A stretch of DNA of 64,000 bases from Candidatus Eiseniibacteriota bacterium (lineage in GTDB: Bacteria; Eisenbacteria; RBG-16-71-46), in NCBI GenBank assembly GCA_963707915.1, contig OY970178.1:554098-618097 (forward strand), in the 5' to 3' direction. Of this stretch, positions 40,942-49,231 are shown piece by piece (within the stretch, counting starts at the first letter, position 1; the number at the start of each line of letters is the position of its first letter). The position numbers and the translations under genes are program-made. The notes under the pieces are model-generated. The model saw only the letters and a list, made by a program, of their open reading frames with translations, made no database searches and was not told the origin of the DNA.

Positions 40942-42336
40942 GTGAGTGAGTTCGTGGCGACGGCCGCCGCGCGCCTCGCGGCGCACCCGTGGCCCGCCGA
41001 AGTGCTCGCCGCGCTCGAGCGGTTGCGCGCGGACGGCCACCAAGCCTACATCGTCGGGGGGGCGCCGCGCGACGTGCTGCTGGAGCGGGCCGGGTCGGAG
41101 TTCCCGGACGTGGCGACCGACCGGCGGCCGGAGGAGGTCATGGCCCTGTTCCCGCGGGTCGAGCCGATCGGGCTGGCGCACGGCACGGTGCTGGTGCTGC
41201 TCGAGGGCTCCGGCTTCGAGTGCACGACCTTCCGGCGGGAGGGTGCGTACGCGGACGCGCGCCACCCCGACGAAGTGGAGTTCACCGCCGACCTGCCGGC
41301 GGACCTGGCGCGGCGCGACTTCACCGTGAACGCCCTGGCCTACGATCCGCTGAGCGGCGTGCTGGTGGACCGCCACGGCGGGCTCGCCGACCTCGCCGGG
41401 CGGCGCCTGCGGGCGGTGGGTGAGCCGCTGGCGCGTTTCCGCGAGGACGCGCTCCGGCCGGTGCGGGCCGCCCGCTTCGCCGCCACGCTGGAGTTCGAGC
41501 TCGAGCCCGCGACGCGCGCGGCCCTGGCCGGGGTCGCGGACCGCGCGCGGTTCGTGGCGCCGGAGCGGGTGCGCGTGGAGCTCGAGAAGCTGATGGCCGC
41601 GCGGCGGCCCTCGGTGGGGCTCGAGCTGCTGCGCGAGGCGGGCCTGATGGAGATCTGGATGCCGGAGCTGGCCCGCTGCCACGCCGTGCCGCAGAACCGC
41701 TGGCACGCTCACGACGTCTTCACCCATTCGCTCGAGACCTGCGACCACGCGCCGGCAGGGAAGCCGGCGGTGCGCTGGGCGGCCCTGCTGCACGACATCG
41801 GCAAGCCCGACACGCGGGTCGAACGGCGGGGCGACGGGACGTTCTACGGTCACGAGCGGGTGGGCGCCGAGCTCGCCGACCGCCTGCTCGGGCGGCTGCG
41901 CTTCCCGGGGGCGCTGCGGGCCGAGATCGTCCACCTGGTGAGCGAACACATGTTCGACTACCGCGCGGAGTGGAGCGACGCGGCGGTGCGACGCTGGGTG
42001 CGCCGGGTCGGGGAAGCATCGGTCGCGGACTTGTTCGACCTGCGGATCGCGGACATGCTGGGCAACGGCCTGAAGACGGGGTTCCCGGCCCAGCTCGAGC
42101 CGCTGCGCCGCCGCATCGCGCGGGTGCTGGCCGGGTCGCGTGCGCTGCGGGTCAGCGACCTCGCGGTGGACGGCCGCGACGTGATGGAGTCGCTGGGGAT
42201 CGGGCCGGGGCCCGCGGTGGGCGAGGCGCTGGCGGCGCTGCTCGAGGAGGTCCTCGAGGACCCGGCGCGCAACACCCGCGAGCGGCTGCTCGCGGGGCTG
42301 GCGGAGCGGCGCGAGCCGCGCGCCGGCGGTGCTTGA
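40942..42336 (+). CDS. cca: CCA-adding enzyme / tRNA nucleotidyltransferase with HD domain
   Basis: VGG..RD, HGTV, TTFR.E, DLARRDFTVNA, FREDALR..RA.RF, ERV..EL, LLHDIGKP, FYGHE..GA. Confidence 0.88.
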   Translation: MSEFVATAAARLAAHPWPAEVLAALERLRADGHQAYIVGGAPRDVLLERAGSEFPDVATDRRPEEVMALFPRVEPIGLAHGTVLVLLEGSGFECTTFRREGAYADARHPDEVEFTADLPADLARRDFTVNALAYDPLSGVLVDRHGGLADLAGRRLRAVGEPLARFREDALRPVRAARFAATLEFELEPATRAALAGVADRARFVAPERVRVELEKLMAARRPSVGLELLREAGLMEIWMPELARCHAVPQNRWHAHDVFTHSLETCDHAPAGKPAVRWAALLHDIGKPDTRVERRGDGTFYGHERVGAELADRLLGRLRFPGALRAEIVHLVSEHMFDYRAEWSDAAVRRWVRRVGEASVADLFDLRIADMLGNGLKTGFPAQLEPLRRRIARVLAGSRALRVSDLAVDGRDVMESLGIGPGPAVGEALAALLEEVLEDPARNTRERLLAGLAERREPRAGGA

Positions 42337-42362
42337 CACTCTCGAAGAGCGGCCCGTATCCT
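42333..42362 (+). promoter_or_regulatory. sigma70-type promoter for polyprenyl synthase-rsfS-argS-pfkB
   Basis: TTGACA-18 nt-TATCCT overlapping the cca stop. Confidence 0.6.
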
Positions 42363-42411
42363 GCGCCGCGCATCGGAGTGGCGCATCGTCCCCATCCCCG
42401 GAAGATTCGAC

Positions 42412-43464
42412 ATGTCGTTTACCGCCGTCCAGAGGCCCGTGCGACGCGAGTTGGCGCAGGTCCAGGGCCTGCTGCGCGACGCGTTCCGGACCTCGATTCC
42501 GATCCTGAACCGGGTGGGCGGCCACGTGCTGGCCACCCGGGGCAAGAAGTTCCGCCCCACGCTGGTGCTCCTGACGGCCCGCGTGCGCGACCGGCTCGAC
42601 GGGGCGGCGGTGATGTCGGCGGCGGTGGTCGAGATGGTGCACGCCGCGGCGCTCATCCACGACGATTCGGTCGACCGCAGCGCGTTGCGCCGGGGACTGC
42701 CCACGGTCAACGGCCTGTGGACCGACGAGATGGCGATCATCATGGGCGACTACCTGTTCGGGCACGCAATGGGGCTCATGGTGCGCAACGGCCTCGACCA
42801 CCCGCTCGAGGTGCTGGCGCGGGTCGTGACCGAGATGTCGTGCGGCGAGGCGCTGGAGTTCCAGTACGCCTACGACCTCGAGACCACCGAGGAGCAGTAC
42901 GTCGAGATGGTCCGGGCCAAGACCGGCTCCCTGATCGGGGCCGCGACGGAGATCGGGGCGGGCCGCACGGCGGACCGCGGCGAGCGGCGTCCCATCGCGA
43001 AGAGCGGCGGCCGTTCCCGGCGCCGCCCCGCGGGCGAGCAGGTGACGTTCCGCGAGTTCGGCGAGCGGCTGGGTGTGGCGTTCCAGATCGTGGACGACGT
43101 CTTCGACTACCTGGGCGATCCGGACGTGACCGGCAAGCCGACGGGCTCGGACCTGGCCGAGGGCAAGATCACGCTGCCGCTCATCGCGGCCCTGCGGGAG
43201 GCGAGCGAGGCCGACCGGCGCCGGCTCAAGCGCCTCGCCCTCGGCCAGCGCCGCACCGATGCGCAGTGGAACCAGTTGCGCGCGCTGATCGAGAAGTGCG
43301 GCGGCTTCGCCTACGCGCGCGAGTGCGCCGGGGGCTTCGCCGGCGACTCGCGGCGCCTGCTCGACGAGGTGCTGGGGCCGCGGCGTTCGCGTTCGGCGCC
43401 CGCCGTGGCGGCCCGCCGGGCGCTGGACCAGATGGTGGACTACGCGGTGCGCCGTGACCACTAG
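42412..43464 (+). CDS. Long-chain trans-polyprenyl diphosphate synthase (IspB/HepT type)
   Basis: GKKFRP, HDDSVD..LRRG (FARM), KTGSL, AFQIVDDVFD (SARM), GK..GSDL.EGK.TLP. Confidence 0.92.
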   Translation: MSFTAVQRPVRRELAQVQGLLRDAFRTSIPILNRVGGHVLATRGKKFRPTLVLLTARVRDRLDGAAVMSAAVVEMVHAAALIHDDSVDRSALRRGLPTVNGLWTDEMAIIMGDYLFGHAMGLMVRNGLDHPLEVLARVVTEMSCGEALEFQYAYDLETTEEQYVEMVRAKTGSLIGAATEIGAGRTADRGERRPIAKSGGRSRRRPAGEQVTFREFGERLGVAFQIVDDVFDYLGDPDVTGKPTGSDLAEGKITLPLIAALREASEADRRRLKRLALGQRRTDAQWNQLRALIEKCGGFAYARECAGGFAGDSRRLLDEVLGPRRSRSAPAVAARRALDQMVDYAVRRDH

Positions 43465-43491
43465 GGCGCACTTCCGTGGCGCCGGGGCGCC

Positions 43492-43878
43492 GTGATCCGC
43501 CGGCCCCGTCCCACCGCCGGAGCGGACCCCATCGTCCTGCTGAAGGCCGCGGCGCGCGCGGCGCTCGCCAAGAAGGCGCACGACCTCGTGGCGCTCGACC
43601 TGCGGGGCCTCGACGCGGTCTGCGACGGGTTCCTGCTGTGCTCGGCGTCGAGCGACGTGCAGGTCAAGGCGGTGGCGGAGAGCATCGAGGAGGCGCTGCG
43701 GGAGCAGGGCCTGCGCCCCTGGCACGTCGAGGGGCTGCAGGGGCGTCGCTGGGTGCTGCTCGACTACGTGGGCGTCGTGATCCACGTGTTCCACGAGAAG
43801 ACCCGGGAGTACTACCTGCTCGACCGGCTCTGGGGCGACGCGAGGAGCGTGGATCTTGGTCTGGAAGGAACTGACTGA
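43492..43878 (+). CDS. rsfS: Ribosome silencing factor
   Basis: KKA.D...LD, D.F..CSA.S..QVKA, WVLLDY..V.IHVF....REYY.L..LW.DA. Confidence 0.95.
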   Translation: MIRRPRPTAGADPIVLLKAAARAALAKKAHDLVALDLRGLDAVCDGFLLCSASSDVQVKAVAESIEEALREQGLRPWHVEGLQGRRWVLLDYVGVVIHVFHEKTREYYLLDRLWGDARSVDLGLEGTD

Positions 43879-45610
43879 GGGCCTGGACGCCGCGTTGCGC
43901 GGGACGGGACTCCACACTCCCGAGCGCATGGCGCGGCTCGAACTCTCCATCCCGCGCGAAAGCGCGCACGGGGACTGGACCACCAACCTCGCGCTGTTGA
44001 TCGCCAGGGAGGTCGGGCGGCCGCCCCGCGCGGTGGCCGAGGCCCTGGCGGCGGCCTTCCCGCGCGACCCGGCGTTGTTCGCGAGCGTCGAGGTCGCGGG
44101 CCCGGGCTTCCTCAACTTCCGCTACAGCGAGGCGTTCCTCGACCGCCTGCCCGGGCACGTCCTGGATTCGGGTGGGGGGTTCGGCACGAGCGTGGGCGGC
44201 GGCGGGGCGCGCGTGCTGGTGGAGTACGTGAGCGCGAACCCGACCGGGCCCCTGAACATCGTGAGCGCGCGCGCCGCCGCGGTGGGCGCGACGCTGGTGC
44301 GGTTGCTGCGGGCGACCGGGCACGACGCGGCGGGCGAGTTCTACGTCAACGACGCGGGCCGCCAGGTGGACCTGCTCGGCCAGTCGGTGGCCGCGCGCTT
44401 CGCCGAGGCCGCGGGGCTCGACCGCGCGTTCCCGGCGGGGGGCTACGAGGGCGAGTACGTGCGCGATATCGCCGCGGCGTTGCCGCCGCAGGATGCGCGC
44501 GCGGCGCTGGACGCAGCCGCGGGGGCGGCGTGGTTCCGCGACCAGGCGCTGGACCAGATGGTGCGCGAGCAGCGCCGCGACCTCGACGAGTACGGCGCGG
44601 AGTTCGCGCGTTGGTTCCGCGAGTCCGAGCTCCACCGTTCCGGGGACGTGGCGGCGACGCTGGCCGAGCTCGAGGCGCGCGGCATGACCTACCGTGCGCG
44701 GCTTCCCGAGGTGGACCGGACCCCGGAAGGCGTCGGGGCGGAGGGCCCGGCGGCCGCTGCCGGGGAGCTGGAGGAGGCGACGTACCTGCGCACCGGCCGC
44801 TTCGGCGACGACAAGGACCGGGTGATCGTGCGCAGCGACGGCACGCCGACCTACCTGCTCCCGGATCTCGCCTACCATCGCGACAAGCGGGGCCGCGGCT
44901 TCGGGGTCGCGATCGACCTCTGGGGGCCCGACCACCACGCCTACGTCACCACCATGAAGGCGGCGCTCGCCGCGCTGGGGGTCGAGGACGGGTTCCTCGA
45001 GGTGCTGATCGTCCAACAGGTGAACCTCTGGGAGACCGGTGCCGACGGCCGGCGGGAGCAGGTCAAGATGAGCAAGCGGCGCGGGCGGATCATCACGCTG
45101 CGCGACCTGGTCGACGACATCGGGGCCGAGTGCGCGCGGTTCTTCTTCCTGATGCGCTCCACCAACGCCCACCTCGACTTCGACCTGGACGTGGCGCGCC
45201 GGCAGAACGACGAGAACCCGGCCTTCTACGTGCAGTACGCGCACGCGCGCATCGCCTCGATCCTGCGCTACGCGGCCGAGCGTGGCCTGCGGCCGGCGGA
45301 CGGGGCCACGCTGCGGCTCACGGTCCCGGAAGAGGTGGCGCTGGTGCGGCGCCTGGCCGTCTACCCGGAGCTGGTGCGTGGGGCGGCGGCGGCGCGCGAG
45401 CCGCACCGCCTGCCCGCCTACCTGGTCGAGACGGCGGCCGAGTTCCACCGCTTCTACCACGCCTGCCGGGTCGTGGGGGAGGACGCGGGCGTGAGCCGCG
45501 GGCGGCTGCTGATCGCCGAGGCGGCCCGCGTCGTGCTGGCGAACGGGCTCGCGCTGATGGGTGTTTCGGCCCCCGAGCGCATGGAACGCGCCGCGGAGGT
45601 CCCCGCGTGA
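43856..45610 (+). CDS. argS: Arginyl-tRNA synthetase
   Basis: AGPGFLNF, VEYVSANPTGPL, EFYVND.G.Q, DDKDRV, KMSKR.G, NP.FYVQYAHARI.SI, GVSAPERM. Confidence 0.96.
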   Translation: MVWKELTEGLDAALRGTGLHTPERMARLELSIPRESAHGDWTTNLALLIAREVGRPPRAVAEALAAAFPRDPALFASVEVAGPGFLNFRYSEAFLDRLPGHVLDSGGGFGTSVGGGGARVLVEYVSANPTGPLNIVSARAAAVGATLVRLLRATGHDAAGEFYVNDAGRQVDLLGQSVAARFAEAAGLDRAFPAGGYEGEYVRDIAAALPPQDARAALDAAAGAAWFRDQALDQMVREQRRDLDEYGAEFARWFRESELHRSGDVAATLAELEARGMTYRARLPEVDRTPEGVGAEGPAAAAGELEEATYLRTGRFGDDKDRVIVRSDGTPTYLLPDLAYHRDKRGRGFGVAIDLWGPDHHAYVTTMKAALAALGVEDGFLEVLIVQQVNLWETGADGRREQVKMSKRRGRIITLRDLVDDIGAECARFFFLMRSTNAHLDFDLDVARRQNDENPAFYVQYAHARIASILRYAAERGLRPADGATLRLTVPEEVALVRRLAVYPELVRGAAAAREPHRLPAYLVETAAEFHRFYHACRVVGEDAGVSRGRLLIAEAARVVLANGLALMGVSAPERMERAAEVPA

Positions 45611-46536
45611 GCGCCGCGCCGGAGATCCTGGTGGTGGGGTCGGTCGCGCTCGACTCGGTGCGCACGCCGTACGGCGAGGTGGTCGAGGCGCTGGGCGGAT
45701 CGGCGTCGTACTTCTCGCTCTCGGCGAGCCGGTTCGCCCCGGTGAGCATGGTCGCCGTGGTCGGCGAGGACTTCCCGCCCGAGCACCGCGCGCTCTTCGA
45801 GGCCCGCGGCATCGACCTGTCCGGCCTGGAGACCAGCCCGGGAAGGACCTTCCGCTGGCGGGGCGAATACGGCCCGGAGCTGGCGCACGCGCACACGCTC
45901 GAGACCCAGTTGAACGTCTTCTCGACCTTCCACCCGCGGCTCGAGGAGCAGCACCGCGAGTGTCCGTACGTCTTCCTCGCCAACATCGACCCCGAACTGC
46001 AGCTCGAAGTGCTCCAGCAGATGAAGCGGCCCCGGTTCACGCTCAGCGACACCATGGACTACTGGATCGCGCGCAAGCCGGAGCTCGTGCTGGAGGTGCT
46101 GCGGCGGGTGGACGTGGCGCTGCTGAACGAGGAGGAGGCGCGGGCGCTGGCGGGGGAGAGCCTGCTGGTGCGGGCGGCCGACCGCCTGCTCGAGCAGGGC
46201 GCGAAGTCCGTCATCATCAAGAAGGGCGAGCACGGGGCCCTGTTCCGCACGGCCGGGGAGCGCTTCATCATCCCCGCGTTCCCGGTGGACGCGATCCGGG
46301 ACCCCACCGGGGCCGGCGACTCGTTCGCCGGCGGCTTCCTGGGCTGGGTGGCGCGGTGCGGTCGGACCGAGGGGGGCATGCTCCAGCAGGCGATGGCCTG
46401 CGGGACGACCATGGCGTCCCTGGCCATCGAGGATTTCAGCCCGAGGCGGCTGGCCGAGGCGGGCTCGGACGAGATCGCGCGGCGCGTGGCCCTGCTGCAC
46501 CGCATGGTGCACTTCGACCTGGTGCCCCTCTCCTAG
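45607..46536 (+). CDS. PfkB-family carbohydrate/nucleoside kinase
   Basis: GSVALD, LGGSASY, N..EA, KKGEHG, DPTGAGDSFAGG. Confidence 0.92.
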   Translation: MSAAPEILVVGSVALDSVRTPYGEVVEALGGSASYFSLSASRFAPVSMVAVVGEDFPPEHRALFEARGIDLSGLETSPGRTFRWRGEYGPELAHAHTLETQLNVFSTFHPRLEEQHRECPYVFLANIDPELQLEVLQQMKRPRFTLSDTMDYWIARKPELVLEVLRRVDVALLNEEEARALAGESLLVRAADRLLEQGAKSVIIKKGEHGALFRTAGERFIIPAFPVDAIRDPTGAGDSFAGGFLGWVARCGRTEGGMLQQAMACGTTMASLAIEDFSPRRLAEAGSDEIARRVALLHRMVHFDLVPLS

Positions 46537-46614
46537 GCCTTCGACGGCCGCGGGTTAGACGTCCCTTCTCACGGTGGGCGCGAAGCGCGCCGACCGTGGC
46601 GATGCCGAGGAGCC

Positions 46615-46635
46615 CTGTGCTAGAATGAAGCACAG
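46615..46635 (+). promoter_or_regulatory. Extended -10 promoter (TG-n-TAGAAT) inside a 7-bp inverted repeat
   Basis: CTGTGCT-AGAATGA-AGCACAG upstream of the 46.7-kb module. Confidence 0.5.
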
Positions 46636-46680
46636 TCCCCTCATCCGAAGGGAAGGAGACCAGCGGTGGAAGACACGCGG

Positions 46681-47394
46681 ATGTCATGGAAGACGGACGC
46701 CGAGCAGGGGATCCGTGGCCTGCCGGACGTCGAGGACGCGAAGATCCTCGTGGAGGCCGGCGAGATCCGCGAGGTCCACGTCATTTCGTCGGCACGCAAG
46801 CCGGCGAAGCTCATCGTCAAGGACGTGGTCGGCCTGATCTGGACCCGCTACAACCGGCGCATCGACCACCGCATCGTCGGCGTGGTGCGCGTCCGGTCGC
46901 AGGCGGACTCGGCCGCGAAACCCGAGCCCGTGAGCGTGCTCGAGGAGGCCGCGCCGGCGCCGCCGGACGCCAGCCGCGTCCGCTTCGGGAGCGTCAACCT
47001 CTACATGGACGGCGCGCGCGGCCAGGCGCAGGTGGAATTGCGCTGGAAGGGCATGCTGCGCATGGGAAGCGCCTCCGGCTGGTGCTCGCGGCAGGGGTCG
47101 CACCGCCTGGTGGCGGCCGCCACGCTGACGGCGCTGCAGGAGTTCCTCGACGACGACGTCGCCCTCGGAGTGGAGGGCGTGCACGTGGTGGGCATGGGCG
47201 GCCACGAGATCGTGATCGTGGGCGTCACGCTGCTCACGCACCGGCAGGAGAAGCTCCTGACCGGCTGTTGCACGGTGGGCCGCGATCTCCCCCAGGCGGT
47301 CGTCCTGGCCTCCCTTTCAGCCTTGAATCGCGTGATCGGCGGCCTGAAGACGAAGGAGCCGATCGAGTACGTCTTGAGACCGGCATCGACCTAG
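46681..47394 (+). CDS. Hypothetical two-domain cytoplasmic protein; C-terminus resembles the LeuA allosteric domain
   Basis: Clean GC3-biased ORF (GTG 46666 is an alternative start); A.V.L...G....G..S.....AT..AL ... GC......AVV.A.L.ALNR pattern. Confidence 0.75.
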   Translation: MSWKTDAEQGIRGLPDVEDAKILVEAGEIREVHVISSARKPAKLIVKDVVGLIWTRYNRRIDHRIVGVVRVRSQADSAAKPEPVSVLEEAAPAPPDASRVRFGSVNLYMDGARGQAQVELRWKGMLRMGSASGWCSRQGSHRLVAAATLTALQEFLDDDVALGVEGVHVVGMGGHEIVIVGVTLLTHRQEKLLTGCCTVGRDLPQAVVLASLSALNRVIGGLKTKEPIEYVLRPAST

Positions 47395-47496
47395 GAGCCA
47401 GCGGAGCGACAAGACAATCGAGAAGCGAAGCGAAGCCGCCTGTCGGGAAGCTGTTCGTACCCGCAGAGTCCCATGCCAAGTAAGGAGGTGGGCTTC

Positions 47497-47547
47497 GTGC
47501 TCTTTATCCTCGAGCTCTTGGAGTTCTTCGGCCGCGCGGGCTGGTAA
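47497..47547 (+). CDS. Putative 16-aa hydrophobic micropeptide MLFILELLEFFGRAGW
   Basis: Perfect SD TAAGGAGGTG (47481-47490) 6 nt upstream of GTG; TAA stop; between the hypothetical gene and the HD-GYP gene; too short for the ORF track. Confidence 0.6.
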   Translation: MLFILELLEFFGRAGW

Positions 47548-47652
47548 CCTAGTCCCGTACGTCCGGACCTAGGAAGTGACCTCCGAAGTGGATGCCGGTC
47601 TCTGCATCTTCACGCATGCGGAAGCCCACCCGCCCCCGATGATCGACCTCGC

Positions 47653-48978
47653 ATGAAAGACTCGCCGGTCCCGACCCACCCGCGCGCGTTCCGGCTCTAC
47701 TACGCGCTCGTGGTGCTGGCCGCAGGCGCCTTCTTCGTGCTGGCCACGCCCACGGCGGGGGCGCCGCGGCTGGTGGCCCTGGGCGTCGTCCTGGTGCTGA
47801 TGGTCGTGAGCGAGGCCCGCCCGGTGCCGCTCCCGAGCGGCGGCTACGCCACCGGCAGTGCCGTGCTCGACCTGGCGTCGATCATCATCCTGGGCCCGGT
47901 GTGGACCGCGTGGGTGGACCTGGCCAGCACGGTGATCGTGCAGGGCGTCCTGCTGCGCCGGCCCCTGGTGCGCGTGCTGCACAACGTGTCCATCTTCGCG
48001 CTCACCTCGTTCGTGGCGGGCTACGCCTTCCTGGCCGCCGGGGGGCAGGTGGGCACCCTCGCGTTCCCGCGGCACATCGTGCCGCTGCTGGTGTGCGGGG
48101 GCGTCTACTTCCTCTGCAACTCGACGCTGGTCTCGACCGTGCTGGGGCTCACGGTGGGCCCCGGACCGTGGCGCATCTGGCAGCGCAACTTCCTGCAGGG
48201 GATCCTGCACCACCTCTCCTTCGTGGCCCTCGGCACGCTGGTGGCCGTGGTCTTCTTCAGCGCGGGGCCGTGGGGCCTCGTGCTGGTGGGGATCCCGTTC
48301 CTGGTCGCACGCCACTCGTTCGGCGTCTACATGGAGATCCGCGCGGACCTCAAGGACTTCGTCCGTGCCCTGTCCGAGGTGCTCGAGGAGGTGGATCCGT
48401 ACACCCGCCACCACTCGCACCGGGTCGCGCAATACGCGGTGCTGCTGGCGCGCGGCATGCGGCTCTCGGAACGCGAGGTCGAGGAGATCGAGTACGCGGC
48501 CCTGGTGCACGACCTGGGCAAGATCGGGCCGCAGCACCAGCACATCCTGCAGAAGCCGGGCTCGCTGTCGCACGAGGAGCAGCGCACCTTGCGGGCCCAC
48601 CCGGCTGCCGGGGCCGAGATCGTCGCGCGGGTCCGGGCGCTGCGGCGCTCGGCGGAGATCGTGCGCACCCACCACGAGCGGCCCGACGGCCAGGGCTACC
48701 CGCTGGGCCTGCACGCGGAGGACGTGCCGGTGGGGGCCCGCATCCTGAACGTGTCGGACGCGTTCGACGCGATGACCTCGGACCGCCCGTACCGGCGGGC
48801 GCTGTCGGTGGCGGCGGCGCTCGACGAGTTGCGGCGCGGCGAGGGCTCGCAGTTCGACCGGGCCGTGGTGGAGTGCCTGCTGCGCCTCTACGGGTCGGGA
48901 CAGTTCCCGCTGATCCCGAGTCCCACGAGCGAGGACCTGCAGCTGTTGCGCCTGAAGCCGCGCGAGGCCCAGGGCTGA
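47653..48978 (+). CDS. Membrane-integral HD-GYP cyclic-dinucleotide phosphodiesterase
   Basis: ~230-aa multi-TM N-terminus; DPYT..HS.RV, HDLGKIG, HHERPDGQGYP, DAFDAMTSDRPYR. Confidence 0.92.
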   Translation: MKDSPVPTHPRAFRLYYALVVLAAGAFFVLATPTAGAPRLVALGVVLVLMVVSEARPVPLPSGGYATGSAVLDLASIIILGPVWTAWVDLASTVIVQGVLLRRPLVRVLHNVSIFALTSFVAGYAFLAAGGQVGTLAFPRHIVPLLVCGGVYFLCNSTLVSTVLGLTVGPGPWRIWQRNFLQGILHHLSFVALGTLVAVVFFSAGPWGLVLVGIPFLVARHSFGVYMEIRADLKDFVRALSEVLEEVDPYTRHHSHRVAQYAVLLARGMRLSEREVEEIEYAALVHDLGKIGPQHQHILQKPGSLSHEEQRTLRAHPAAGAEIVARVRALRRSAEIVRTHHERPDGQGYPLGLHAEDVPVGARILNVSDAFDAMTSDRPYRRALSVAAALDELRRGEGSQFDRAVVECLLRLYGSGQFPLIPSPTSEDLQLLRLKPREAQG

Positions 48979-49231
48979 AGGACTGACGTCCGCCGGCCCG
49001 TCGCGGCCGGCGTGGCCCCCGGGAGTGAGACAGGGCGACGTGACGTGCGGCCGCTCCCCCGCGCGCCACGTCACCGAGGCACGTGCCCCCGGCGAGGCGG
49101 GCGTTCCTGCACGCGGCAGGGCGGGGCCTGGTGGCCGGGCCCGCCTGCCGGTCGGGGCGCACGGGGGACGGGGAGCCGGGGTGGCGGGCGCTGCCCGCGG
49201 CGTCCCGTGGGGCGGAGGGGAGGACGGGAGG

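Noticed and set aside
47395-47650. Possible c-di-GMP riboswitch around the micropeptide/HD-GYP
   Set aside because: Hairpins are present, but I could not match class I (GEMM) or class II consensus motifs by eye; an Infernal scan is needed.
49025-49231. N-terminal extension of the sigma54 activator ORF
   Set aside because: Low-complexity G/A/R sequence with no domain features; treated as intergenic, with ATG 49232 as the likelier start.
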